Assembly (NCBI GenBank): GCA_963816145.1
Contig: CAWFJP010000001.1
Span: 192,001 to 256,000, forward strand
Length of the DNA: 64,000 nt
Direction of reading: 5' to 3'
DNA from: an uncultured delta proteobacterium
GTDB lineage: Bacteria; Desulfobacterota; Binatia; UBA9968
How positions within the stretch are numbered: the stretch's first letter is position 1; each line of letters starts with the position of its first letter. The translations under genes were made by a program, and so were the position numbers. Below, one piece after another: positions 48,504-58,000 of the stretch. The notes under the pieces were generated by a model. That model was not told where the DNA came from. It did no database searches and saw only the letters and a program-made list of their open reading frames with translations.

Positions 48504-49730
48504 TCATCTATAGCGCGTCCCTTGCCGCAGTTGTTGGCGTTGGAGTTGTTGTCCCATGTTGTTGGTGGTGCGAATCAGGTCGCCAAACCAAACCATCAAT
48601 TCGTTTAGCCGGGTGCCGTTACTCGCCGCAATCTCCGACCAGGGCAGGCCGCGCTGATAGTCGTCGACGACCCGGTTGAGCGAGCCGCGTCCGAGATAGG
48701 CCACGCCGCGCAACCCCGCGTACTGGCCGTAGCCGGTTTGGAGCTGTTGGCGCTCCTGAACGATCGTCTGGGGACTCGTGCGCAACTCGTAGGCCAGGGC
48801 TTCGACCACAGCGCGTTCGCCGTTCTGCTGCTCCATGGCGCTGTTGATCGCCGCCATGCGCTTGAGCAGCTCGCGCTCGGACCTAGCCGCCGGGGTATCC
48901 AATGACGCCGCCGATGGTAGAGTTTCAAGGCGTGCATTGCTCGGCTGATAATACGACAGGGCTTCCGGCAAGAACGAGCGAATGTTTTGCACCCGGGTTT
49001 CATATCCTGGGTGAGTTGAGAGAAACTCCGGCGGGCGCCCCTTGGCAGCCTCCTTCTTCTCCATGGTTTCCATGCGCTGCCACAGGTCGACAGCGACGCG
49101 CGGATCATAACCCGCCTTGGCCATGAGGATTAAGCCGATTCGATCCGCTTCGGTTTCCTGCGAGCGACCAAATGGCAACGCCACACCGACACCGCCGACG
49201 ATTCCATAGGCCTGCAATACTTGGTTGGCCATCGCCGGATTTTTGCCTAGTGCAATACCTAGTCCGACGCCGCCCAACTGCAAGAGCATATCTTGGCTCA
49301 TGCGCTCCGCTGGATGACGCGCCAGCGCATGGGCTACTTCATGCCCCAATACCACCGCCAAGCCCGCCTCATCCCGCGCCGGCCCGAAAATCCCTGTGTA
49401 TGCCGCCACTTTACCGCCGGGAACAGCGAAGGCGTTGACCATCTCCGGATCGTTGATCACCGTGAACTCCCATTTGTACTCGGGCTTGTTGGCCACGGCG
49501 GCAATCCGCTCACCAACCTTGCGGACAATCCGCTCGGCGTCAGGATTATGCGTGATCACGCTATCGCGCAGGGCATGCTTATAGGCGTCGTCGCCGAGCG
49601 AGATTTCCTGTCCCTCCGAGACCAAAATGACCTGACGGCGGCCGGTAAAAGGGGCAGTGGCGCAGCTCCAAACAAACCCTCCGAGCAAGACAAACGATAC
49701 CAGCCTTTTCATAGAAGCCCTGATAGCCAT
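48504..49730 (-). CDS. M48 (Oma1/LoiP-like) metallopeptidase lipoprotein with C-terminal extension
   Basis: Lipobox-like VWSC, NAFAVPGG, HEVAH, ETEAD, FLSTHP. Confidence 0.92.
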   Translation of the reverse strand: MAIRASMKRLVSFVLLGGFVWSCATAPFTGRRQVILVSEGQEISLGDDAYKHALRDSVITHNPDAERIVRKVGERIAAVANKPEYKWEFTVINDPEMVNAFAVPGGKVAAYTGIFGPARDEAGLAVVLGHEVAHALARHPAERMSQDMLLQLGGVGLGIALGKNPAMANQVLQAYGIVGGVGVALPFGRSQETEADRIGLILMAKAGYDPRVAVDLWQRMETMEKKEAAKGRPPEFLSTHPGYETRVQNIRSFLPEALSYYQPSNARLETLPSAASLDTPAARSERELLKRMAAINSAMEQQNGERAVVEALAYELRTSPQTIVQERQQLQTGYGQYAGLRGVAYLGRGSLNRVVDDYQRGLPWSEIAASNGTRLNELMVWFGDLIRTTNNMGQQLQRQQLRQGTRYR

Positions 49731-49826
49731 GTGCGCAATTCAATAAGAAATAGCGTTTAGAAACGAGCCGCGTAACAAATCCCTGGCGCTGACAATTAGA
49801 CGTTAGCCAAGGTTGAGACCGTCAAG

Positions 49827-51206
49827 TTATAGCCCCATTTTCCCTGGATTGAGAATATTGTTGGGATCGAGAGACTGCTTGATCTGGCGCATCACTCGTA
49901 AACCGTGGCCGTGCTCCTCAGCCATCAAAGGCGCGAGTTTCACGCCAACGCCATGGGTGTACTCCATCGAACCACCCATTTGCTGCACCAAGCGCAGCAG
50001 CTCTTCGATCGCCTCTTCCAGAGCCAGCTGGGCGTTCGCAACCGAGCCATCTTCGGCGCCAAGTCGCATGGAGAAAAGTTCCGGCTGCACCCATAAGCCA
50101 CTTTCCTGTAAACGCACGCCGTGGCGTTCAGTAATCGCCTGTGCGGCGCTGCGGAAAGCCAAGATTTTCGAACTCGGCAAGGCGACATGAATCCAATCAC
50201 GATAAACCCCATCGCGGCCACGCTCGCGCCGCTGCCGGCGATTGCGCGCGAATCGGCGCGCGATCTCGTGTCGGTCGCGCCAAAACTGCTCTGCGTCACT
50301 GCTCGGCAGCTCTTTGCCCCCATGGGCCTGACATAACACCGTCGTCTGCTTCTCCTCCGCCGCGGTCAACTCTAGATTGCCCTCGAAGACTAGATAGAGA
50401 AGCGCGCCGCCATGATTCTCGGCGTCGTCACCGAAGTCGAGCAGCGCCGGCCGCAGCCGCCGTTGAAACATTTCTTGAATCGCGCCATAGCCGCGTTCGA
50501 ATGTCGCGAAAAGATAACCGCGAAACAGCCGGGTTTCGGGTTTCGGGAAAATGCGAATCGTCGCTTCGGTAACGATGCCAAAACAACCCTCGCCGCCGAT
50601 GAGCAGAGCATTAAGGTTTAGCCCCGCGGAGTGTTTTGCCACCGGCCGCGTGCGCAAGACCTCACCGGTCGGCATGACCGCTTCCAGACCCAGAACCTGC
50701 TCGCCCATGGAACCGTAAATCCCGGCGCGATAGCCGACGCTATTAGTCGAGATCGCCCCACCGATGGTCGCCACCGGCACCGTCCACGGATCATGGCCCA
50801 AGATAAAGCCGGCTGGGTTCAACGCCAGATCGACGGCTTCTAGCACCGCGCCCGCTTGGACATGGACGGATCGAGACTCGCCATCGATGTGAAGAATCCG
50901 GTTCATGCGTCGCAGGTCAATAACCAGACCAGGACGAATCGACAACGCACCGCCCATCAACCCCGATCCACCGCCGAACGGTACAATCGGCAACTTCTCC
51001 CGATTGGCGAAACGGACAATCTGCTGAACTTCTTCAGTCGAAATCGGCGCCACGGCGCACAGGGGCGCCGCCACTTCCGGCTGATGGCGGGGATGAAAAC
51101 GGCCTTCGCTCAGCGCATCCCAAGAAAGCTCGTCCAGATAATCACTGTTGGTCGAGATGCGCTCCGGCTCGACTATTCTGCCGAGTTTTTCCTGTAATAG
51201 TTCCAT
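49827..51206 (-). CDS. FAD-binding oxidoreductase (VAO/PCMH fold; GlcD or alkyl-DHAP synthase-like)
   Basis: PFGGGSG, ATIGG, GGEGCFGIVTE, HGVG, DPNNILNPGK. Confidence 0.9.
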   Translation of the reverse strand: MELLQEKLGRIVEPERISTNSDYLDELSWDALSEGRFHPRHQPEVAAPLCAVAPISTEEVQQIVRFANREKLPIVPFGGGSGLMGGALSIRPGLVIDLRRMNRILHIDGESRSVHVQAGAVLEAVDLALNPAGFILGHDPWTVPVATIGGAISTNSVGYRAGIYGSMGEQVLGLEAVMPTGEVLRTRPVAKHSAGLNLNALLIGGEGCFGIVTEATIRIFPKPETRLFRGYLFATFERGYGAIQEMFQRRLRPALLDFGDDAENHGGALLYLVFEGNLELTAAEEKQTTVLCQAHGGKELPSSDAEQFWRDRHEIARRFARNRRQRRERGRDGVYRDWIHVALPSSKILAFRSAAQAITERHGVRLQESGLWVQPELFSMRLGAEDGSVANAQLALEEAIEELLRLVQQMGGSMEYTHGVGVKLAPLMAEEHGHGLRVMRQIKQSLDPNNILNPGKMGL

Positions 51207-51301
51207 AGACTTGAGGCGATCTTCACGACAAAGACACGCCTCAAACTATACCGCAATCGTTATCGAGGATCGACAGATGAGAAAACTATCACCAGCAAAG
51301 T

Positions 51302-51715
51302 CTAATAGGCAGGGAAAACGCAGCTTCCGGCGTCTGGACACAAAGTGGTCGTAGCATCCAATGGAATCTTGTGCGTACCGGCGAGGTGATCGATCAGACC
51401 CACCCGGCTGACAAAACCTTCGTTGTGCAGCACGCAAAAATACGGCTCATTGACCACCACCGTCGGCGGTAGGATGTAGGATTGCGCATAAGGTGAGATC
51501 ACCACTACCGGTGGATAATAGGGTTGATAATAATAGGGGTAAACATCATGAAATTGGCGCTGGGCACCCACCCGATTGGGCACGCTGCCGGAAAAAAACC
51601 TTGCGCCAGAGCTGGCACGCGGCGCCACGATCACTCGCCGCGGCCCCGCGCCGACCTCAGCGACCAGGATCATCCCTAGTGCTAGTATCGTTATCGCGCT
51701 CAGTATCGGTTTCAT
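51302..51715 (-). CDS. Secreted hypothetical protein with Tyr/Pro-rich linker and Cys/His C-terminal motif
   Basis: Signal peptide, GGGAGG RBS, YPYYYQPYYPP, YFCVLH...HLAGTH...C...C. Confidence 0.7.
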   Translation of the reverse strand: MKPILSAITILALGMILVAEVGAGPRRVIVAPRASSGARFFSGSVPNRVGAQRQFHDVYPYYYQPYYPPVVVISPYAQSYILPPTVVVNEPYFCVLHNEGFVSRVGLIDHLAGTHKIPLDATTTLCPDAGSCVFPAY

Positions 51716-51873
51716 TGCTGCCCTCCCGGCAAAATCCCATGCATTTGGTCAAGCAGTACACAACATTAGACGTTTGAGACGGTAGAATCTTAACGGCATG
51801 GCGAGTAACGGTCATTCGGATTTCCCGAATTGCACCGCCATCGACCTCGGGATAAGGTCGCCGTCAACACATC

Positions 51874-52740
51874 ATGCTCGCGATTATCTTCGGCTTATTC
51901 GCCTCCTTCTGGTTCGCCCTGTCCATGGTTCTCATCAACCGGGGTGTCCTGGTTATCGATTACTTTCGCGGCCTGCTCACCAACCTGGGCGTCAACGCGC
52001 TGTTTCTCTGGCTCTACATCTGGCTGTTTGTCGACCGCATCGAACTGTGGCTTCCCGCCAATCTGATCTTCGTTCTCGTCGGCATTTTTGTCCCCGGCGT
52101 CGCGCGCTTCTTCATGTTCAAAGGCATGGAGCGGCTGGGCGCGTCGATTACCTCCTGTCTCACCAATAGCACGCCGCTGTTCGCCACCTTATTCGCTGTG
52201 TCACTTCTCGGGGAACACCCGAGCCCGACCAATCTCCTCGGCACGTTCTCCATCGTCGCCGGCATCGTTGCGCTCAACTGGAAAGGCACCAGCAAAACCT
52301 GGCACAGCCGCGATCTATTGTTCCCGCTCACCGCCGCGTTTCTCTTCGCCGCCCGCGATAACATGGTTCGCTTCGGTTTGCTGAAAATCCATTCGCCGCT
52401 GGTCGGCGCCACCATCGCAGCCACCACATCGTTCCTGACCATGTCGCTGTTGTATATGCTTTTCGAAGAAAAAAAGCCGCTGCAAGCCACCGCCCGCAAA
52501 GGCTTCCAACTGTTCGCCGCCGCTGGCTTTCTGAACTTCCTCTCCTACGCCTTCGCCTACACTGCCTTGAGCATGGAGCGTGTCTCGCTGATCTCCCCGC
52601 TGATCAACGGCTCCTCATTGTTCGTCCTACCGCTTTCGGCTTTGCTGCTAAAAGATGTCGAGGAACTTACGACAAGAAAGATCTGCGCGACGATGCTAGT
52701 GATCCTCGGGGTATTTTTGATTTCCTGGGAAAAGATGTGA
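51874..52740 (+). CDS. EamA/DMT family transporter
   Basis: About ten TM helices in two repeats; STPLF...LGE. Confidence 0.88.
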   Translation: MLAIIFGLFASFWFALSMVLINRGVLVIDYFRGLLTNLGVNALFLWLYIWLFVDRIELWLPANLIFVLVGIFVPGVARFFMFKGMERLGASITSCLTNSTPLFATLFAVSLLGEHPSPTNLLGTFSIVAGIVALNWKGTSKTWHSRDLLFPLTAAFLFAARDNMVRFGLLKIHSPLVGATIAATTSFLTMSLLYMLFEEKKPLQATARKGFQLFAAAGFLNFLSYAFAYTALSMERVSLISPLINGSSLFVLPLSALLLKDVEELTTRKICATMLVILGVFLISWEKM

Positions 52741-52781
52741 AGCTGCGAATCGAGCCGCTAGAAAATTAGGCCGCCAATTCG

Positions 52782-53501
52782 TCAATGCACCGTCGGGCCG
52801 CGATCGTCGTCTTTGCCGCCGGGGAGTACTTGGAAGCGTTTTTTTAGGCGGTTCAAGCGGCGGCGGTCACGGTGATCTTTGAACCATTCCCAGGGGTTGA
52901 AGCCGCGCAGGTAGATATAGCCGAACGCCATGCCGCCGAGATGGGCGAAGTGAGCGATGCCGCTTTCACCCGAACTTAGCGACGAGTAAAGCGCGATGGC
53001 GCCGATGATCCAGACGAAGTGCTTCATCTTGATCGGGAATAGAAAATAAAAGTAAACGATGCGGTCGGGATAAATCAGCCCATAGGCGAGCAGCAGGCCG
53101 TAGATGCCGGCCGAGGCGCCGATGCTCGGCCCCAATTGATTGGGCAAGAACACGACGTTGAGAATCGCGCCGCCGATGACCGTGACAAAGTAATATTTGA
53201 GAAAAAACGGCGCGCCCCAGCGCCGCTCCAGATCGCAGCCGAACATCCACAGGGCGAGCATGTTGAACAAAATATGAAACAGGCCGCCATGGAGAAACTG
53301 GTAGGTGAAAAGTTGCCAGAGATAAAACTCGTTGAGAACCAAATGCGGCACCAGGCCGAGATAATGGCTCAGCCGGTAGTCGAGGCCGACGCCGATGACG
53401 GTCTGCACGACAAACACCGCCACGTTGGCGATCAGCAGAAACTTCACCGCCGGCGTCACACCGCCGCCGCCGAAACTCATCCGTCGGGTTTGATATTGCA
53501 T
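52782..53501 (-). CDS. Rhomboid intramembrane serine protease
   Basis: FLHG...HILFNM, GASA catalytic Ser, AHLGG. Confidence 0.94.
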   Translation of the reverse strand: MQYQTRRMSFGGGGVTPAVKFLLIANVAVFVVQTVIGVGLDYRLSHYLGLVPHLVLNEFYLWQLFTYQFLHGGLFHILFNMLALWMFGCDLERRWGAPFFLKYYFVTVIGGAILNVVFLPNQLGPSIGASAGIYGLLLAYGLIYPDRIVYFYFLFPIKMKHFVWIIGAIALYSSLSSGESGIAHFAHLGGMAFGYIYLRGFNPWEWFKDHRDRRRLNRLKKRFQVLPGGKDDDRGPTVH

Positions 53502-53549
53502 TGCGTTTGAGTTTAGCGGTTATTCAGTCCGGTTAAAAGCAAGAGGTCT

Positions 53550-53910
53550 TGCCACAGAGACAGGGAGAACATAGAAAATAAACCTAAATCGCCTTTGCGA
53601 CCGCTGCGGTACCATCTACGAGTCCGAATCCGTCAAATTGCCTTCCTTGCGTTCTTTGCGGCCAATCCTCCGAATCCGATTTTTTTTCTCTGTGACCTTT
53701 GTATCTCGAAATTTGCGCGGATAGCGAAAATACTCGAATTCAGAAATTTATCCCGCCAAGGCGCAAAGTCGCCAAGTTTGGCGAGGAAAATAATAATTCC
53801 TAAGACCGGTTTTCACCCTTATCCTCCGAACTTTGCGGACTTGGCGCCTTTGCGGGAGATATTCCGAGTTTCGCTTGCGGCTGTGCCGCGCTAGGTTCTT
53901 TGCGGTGAAA
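53550..53910. repeat. Mosaic palindromic intergenic repeat region
   Basis: CGCCAAGGCGCAAAGTCGCCAAG...CTTTGCGGACTTGGCGCCTTTGCG arms (related to 55447-55607) and CACAGAG...CTCTGTG arms. Confidence 0.65.
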
Positions 53911-53928
53911 TCCTCTTCTACCAACCCA

Positions 53929-54630
53929 CTATCCGCCCAAGTACGCCTGCCGCACCAGATCGCTTCCCGCCAACTCGCTCGCCTGGCCTTCGAGAATCAC
54001 CGAGCCGGTTTCCAACACATAGCCGCGATGGGAAATCGCCAGCGCCATGGCGGCGTTTTGCTCAACCAGCAAGACCGTGACACCGGCCTTGTTGATCGCG
54101 CGGATGTTTTCGAGGATTTGCTCGACGATTTTCGGCGCCAGTCCCATGGACGGCTCGTCGAGCAGGAGCAGTTTCGGCTTGGTCATCAGCGCGCGGCCGA
54201 TGGCGAGCATCTGCTGCTCGCCGCCCGAAAGTGTGCCGGCGTATTGTTTCTGCCGTTCTTTCAAGCGCGGGAACATCTGATAGACGAAATCGAGCTCGGC
54301 GCCGAGACTGTTTTTTGCCCGGGTGTAAGCGCCGATTTGGAGATTTTCCAACACCGTGAAGCGGGGGAAAACTTTTCGCCCCTCCGGCACATGGGCGACG
54401 CCGCGGCGAACGATCTCATGGGGCTCGACGGCGCTGAGAGTTTCGCCTTCCAACTTCACCGCGCCGGCGCGCGGCCGGAGCAAACCGGAAACCGTTTTTA
54501 ACGTCGTGGTTTTACCGGCGCCGTTGCCGCCAAGTAGCGTCACCAACTCACCCTGGGCGACGCTAAACGACACGCCTTTGAGCGCGTGAATCGCGTCGTA
54601 GTAGACGTGGATGGCGTCAACGTTGAGCAT
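53929..54630 (-). CDS. livF: Branched-chain amino acid ABC transporter ATPase
   Basis: GGNGAGKTT, VPEGR, LSGGEQQMLA, DEPSMGLAP, VEQN. Confidence 0.95.
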   Translation of the reverse strand: MLNVDAIHVYYDAIHALKGVSFSVAQGELVTLLGGNGAGKTTTLKTVSGLLRPRAGAVKLEGETLSAVEPHEIVRRGVAHVPEGRKVFPRFTVLENLQIGAYTRAKNSLGAELDFVYQMFPRLKERQKQYAGTLSGGEQQMLAIGRALMTKPKLLLLDEPSMGLAPKIVEQILENIRAINKAGVTVLLVEQNAAMALAISHRGYVLETGSVILEGQASELAGSDLVRQAYLGG

Positions 54631-55402
54631 TTTTCAACCAATCACCGGTGCCGAGATACGCCTCTATGACCCGCGGATCTTGGCGCACTTCGTCGGGATC
54701 ACCCTCGGCGATCTTCTCGCCGTAGTCGAGCACGTGGACCCGGTGCGACACACCCATGACCACGCGCATGTTATGTTCGATGAGTAGAATCGCTTTGACG
54801 TGGCGCCCCATGAGCTCCTTGAACAGCCCCATCAACGACTGCGCTTCGCTGGCGTTCATGCCGGCGGTCGGCTCGTCGAGCAGAAGCAACTGCGGCGCCG
54901 CCGCCAACGCCCTGGCGATCTCTAGGCGGCGTTGTTCGCCATAGGAAAGCTGCTGCGCCCATTCGTTTTCCCGGCCGCCGAGCCCAGTAATCTCGATCAG
55001 CTCCTGAGCGCGCTGATGCGCCGCCTTTTCGCGTGTGTGAAAACTCTTCGTCGCCAAAAAAATATCCGCCAAACTGGTTTGCAGACGCGTATGCATGCCG
55101 ACCAAAACATTGTCGAGCACGCTCATATGTGAAAACAGCCGGATGTTTTGAAACGTTCGGCTGATCCCCGCCCTGGTAATCGCCTCTGGCTTCAGTCCGA
55201 CCAATGAACGATCCCGGAAACGAATCTCGCCCTCGTCGGGGTGATAAATCCCGGTCAATGTGTTGAACAGCGTGGTTTTGCCGGCGCCGTTGGGACCGAT
55301 GAGCGAGGCGATCATGCCCTCTTCGATCCTCATGCTGACCAGCGACAGCGCTTGCAGTCCGCCGAAGCGTTTGGAGATATCGCGCAGTTCGAGCAGTGCC
55401 AT
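54617..55402 (-). CDS. livG: Branched-chain amino acid ABC transporter ATPase
   Basis: GPNGAGKTT, RTFQN, LSYGEQRRLE, DEPTAG, IEHNM. Confidence 0.95.
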   Translation of the reverse strand: MALLELRDISKRFGGLQALSLVSMRIEEGMIASLIGPNGAGKTTLFNTLTGIYHPDEGEIRFRDRSLVGLKPEAITRAGISRTFQNIRLFSHMSVLDNVLVGMHTRLQTSLADIFLATKSFHTREKAAHQRAQELIEITGLGGRENEWAQQLSYGEQRRLEIARALAAAPQLLLLDEPTAGMNASEAQSLMGLFKELMGRHVKAILLIEHNMRVVMGVSHRVHVLDYGEKIAEGDPDEVRQDPRVIEAYLGTGDWLKNAQR

Positions 55403-55446
55403 GTTTAGACTACTTCTTGCACCAACCGAGCAGACGAAGATCTCTC

Positions 55447-55607
55447 CCGCAAAGCATGCCCTGAGCCAAGTCGAAGGGGCGCAAAGACGCAAAGGTCGGA
55501 ATCATTGTCATTTCGACCGCAGGGAGAAATCCATCTTGGATCCCTGGCATCGGCTCGGGATGACGGGCTTTGGCCCGTCACTTGGCGACTTTGCGCCTTT
55601 GCGAGAG
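55447..55607. repeat. Nested palindromic repeat element inside the liv operon
   Basis: Outer GCGCAAAG/CTTTGCGC arms, inserted CCCTGAGCCAAGTCGAAGGG, inner GTCATTTCGACC...GATGAC (55507-55564). Confidence 0.7.
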
Positions 55608-56855
55608 TCATTTCTTATTCTCCTGTTTCGGCGGCAAGATCCCCTGGGGACGAAAGATCATCATCACGATCAGGATTAGCCCGAAGACCATGCGCTCATA
55701 CTTGGCCGGCTCGAACTGGGCCGGCAGGTTCGCCAGCGCCAAATCGCCCAGTAATGGGATCGACAACACCGAGCCAGATTGGCGCAGGCCGTTCAACCAC
55801 AGCGATAACCCTTTGAGTAATTGCAAGTTGAGTATGGTCACGCCGGTGGCGCCGAGGATCGCGCCGGGCACCGAGCCCATGCCGCCGAGAATCACCATGG
55901 CGAGCACCCCGATGGATTCCATGAAGGTAAAGCTCTCGGGATTGATAAACACCTGCTTGGCGGCAAACAGCACGCCCACCGCCGAAGCGAACGACGCGCC
56001 GACGGCGAAACCGAGCAACTTCATGCGCACAACCGGAACCCCCATTGCCGCAGCGGCGATCTCGTCTTCGCGGATCGCTTTCCAGGCCCGGCCGACTCGC
56101 GAGTTCTCCAGTCTCTGAGTTACCAGGATGATAATAAACACCAGCAGCAAGACGAGAAAGTAAAAATACAGCGGGTAAAGCGCCGCGTCGGCAACCTGCA
56201 CGCCGAAGAACTCCAAGAGCGGCTTAAAAAACAGCGGCGGTTTGGAGATCGGCGTGATGCCCTTGGGTCCGTTGGTCAGATTGATCGGTTTGTCTAAGTT
56301 ATTGACCAGGGCGCGCACCACCTCGGCGAAGCCCAGGGTAACGATGGCGAGATAGTCGCCGCGCAGCCTGAGCACTGGCAAGCCTAAAAGCACGCCGGTC
56401 AGCGCGCCGACGGCGATACTGACAATCAAAAAGACAAAAAACCAGTTGGGCGACAACGGAAACCAGCCGCCGGCGATGAAATGATTCGCCTGGGGCGAGC
56501 CGAAAACCGCCCATAGGTAGGCGCCGATGGCATAGAATGCGACGAAGCCGAGATTGAGCAAGCCGACGAAGCCGACAACGATATTCAATCCGAGGGCGAG
56601 TGCGACGAAGATGCCGATCTGGATCGCGATTTCAAAATAATAAGCATTCGAGAACCCCAAGACCGGTAGCAGCACCAACAGGACCAGCGCACCGAAAAAA
56701 CTTTTCACGTGGCCGCTTACCGGCACGTAGTAGAGCAGCAACAGCGAGCCCTCGACGAGCAGAAAGGCCAGCACCGACTGGGGAAAGAAATAGGCGAGCG
56801 CGCAGCTCGCCGTGATGTAAAGAGAAAGACCCGCGACGGTCAAAGTCCGCCTCAT
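55608..56855 (-). CDS. livM: Branched-chain amino acid ABC transporter permease
   Basis: LGLNIVVG, LRLRGDYLAIVTLGF, AIREDE, LGGMGS. Confidence 0.95.
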   Translation of the reverse strand: MRRTLTVAGLSLYITASCALAYFFPQSVLAFLLVEGSLLLLYYVPVSGHVKSFFGALVLLVLLPVLGFSNAYYFEIAIQIGIFVALALGLNIVVGFVGLLNLGFVAFYAIGAYLWAVFGSPQANHFIAGGWFPLSPNWFFVFLIVSIAVGALTGVLLGLPVLRLRGDYLAIVTLGFAEVVRALVNNLDKPINLTNGPKGITPISKPPLFFKPLLEFFGVQVADAALYPLYFYFLVLLLVFIIILVTQRLENSRVGRAWKAIREDEIAAAAMGVPVVRMKLLGFAVGASFASAVGVLFAAKQVFINPESFTFMESIGVLAMVILGGMGSVPGAILGATGVTILNLQLLKGLSLWLNGLRQSGSVLSIPLLGDLALANLPAQFEPAKYERMVFGLILIVMMIFRPQGILPPKQENKK

Positions 56856-57820
56856 GCCTTGGTCTCCCGCACGGCCTCGCCGAGCAGGCCTTTGGGCCGA
56901 AAGATCAAGATGACGATCAACACGATGAACGCCACCACGTCTTTATACTCGGCGCCGAAGGCGCCGTCGGTGAGGAGCGATAGATACGACGCGGCGAACG
57001 CTTCCAACAGACCGAGCAGCATGCCGCCGACCATGGCACCGGGGATATTGCCGATACCGCCGAGCACGGCCGCGGTGAAGGCTTTCATGCCGGGAACAAA
57101 ACCGGAATAGGGGTTGACCAAGCTGTAATGAATGCCGAACAACACACCCGCCAAGCCGCCCAACGCACCGCCGACGAAAAATGTTAGCGCGATGACACGA
57201 TTGACCGGCACGCCCATGAGCGATGCCGTATCCGGATCTTGGGCAACGGCGCGAATCGCCATGCCCACGCGCGTGCGGTTGACGAAGAAGTGCAGCCCGA
57301 GCAGCGTCAAGATCGCCGTGACGATCACCAGCAGAGATTTCACCGGTATGACCAGCGACGCGCTGATCGGCAGGTTATGATCGAGGAATTCGAGGCTCGG
57401 GTAATTGAGATAAAAGGTATTGCGCCACAGGCTCTCGAACAGACGCAAGCCATCCTGCAGAAAGAACGACGCGCCGATCGCCGAGATCAACGCGACCAGT
57501 CTCGGCCCGCCCATGAGCGGCCGGTAAGCGATCCGTTCCAGCGTCATCGCCGCCAAGCCACTGATCGCCATGCCGGTCACGATAACGAGCAAAAGAATCA
57601 CCCCCGGATGGAGAGTCGCCAACAGGCCGGCGCTCTGCAGCAGCAAGAGCACCTCGACGCCGACGAAAGCGCCCAGGACGAAGATCTCGCTATGGGCAAA
57701 ATTGATAAACTCCAAGACCCCATAGACCATCGTGTAGCCCAAAGCGATGAGCGCGTACATGAAACCCAACACGATGCCGTCGAGCAATACCTGAGGGAGA
57801 ATTTCTAGTGCGATTTCCAA
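56852..57820 (-). CDS. livH: Branched-chain amino acid ABC transporter permease
   Basis: YALIALGYTMVYG, INFAH, KAFTAAVLGGIG. Confidence 0.95.
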   Translation of the reverse strand: MEIALEILPQVLLDGIVLGFMYALIALGYTMVYGVLEFINFAHSEIFVLGAFVGVEVLLLLQSAGLLATLHPGVILLLVIVTGMAISGLAAMTLERIAYRPLMGGPRLVALISAIGASFFLQDGLRLFESLWRNTFYLNYPSLEFLDHNLPISASLVIPVKSLLVIVTAILTLLGLHFFVNRTRVGMAIRAVAQDPDTASLMGVPVNRVIALTFFVGGALGGLAGVLFGIHYSLVNPYSGFVPGMKAFTAAVLGGIGNIPGAMVGGMLLGLLEAFAASYLSLLTDGAFGAEYKDVVAFIVLIVILIFRPKGLLGEAVRETKA

Positions 57821-58000
57821 GCAGTGACGAACCCTTCAGGGACCGCATGCTAACAAATAGTTGTTTGGCTCGCTAGCCGCTTTGCAGCAAAGTTTGGCGT
57901 TTGGGAGACACGCCAAAAGCAATTCATGCCTTGCCGCGCAATCTATTGATTTGGTTTAGCCGGTTATTGACGTATAATGATGATCCATAGGAACACCATC

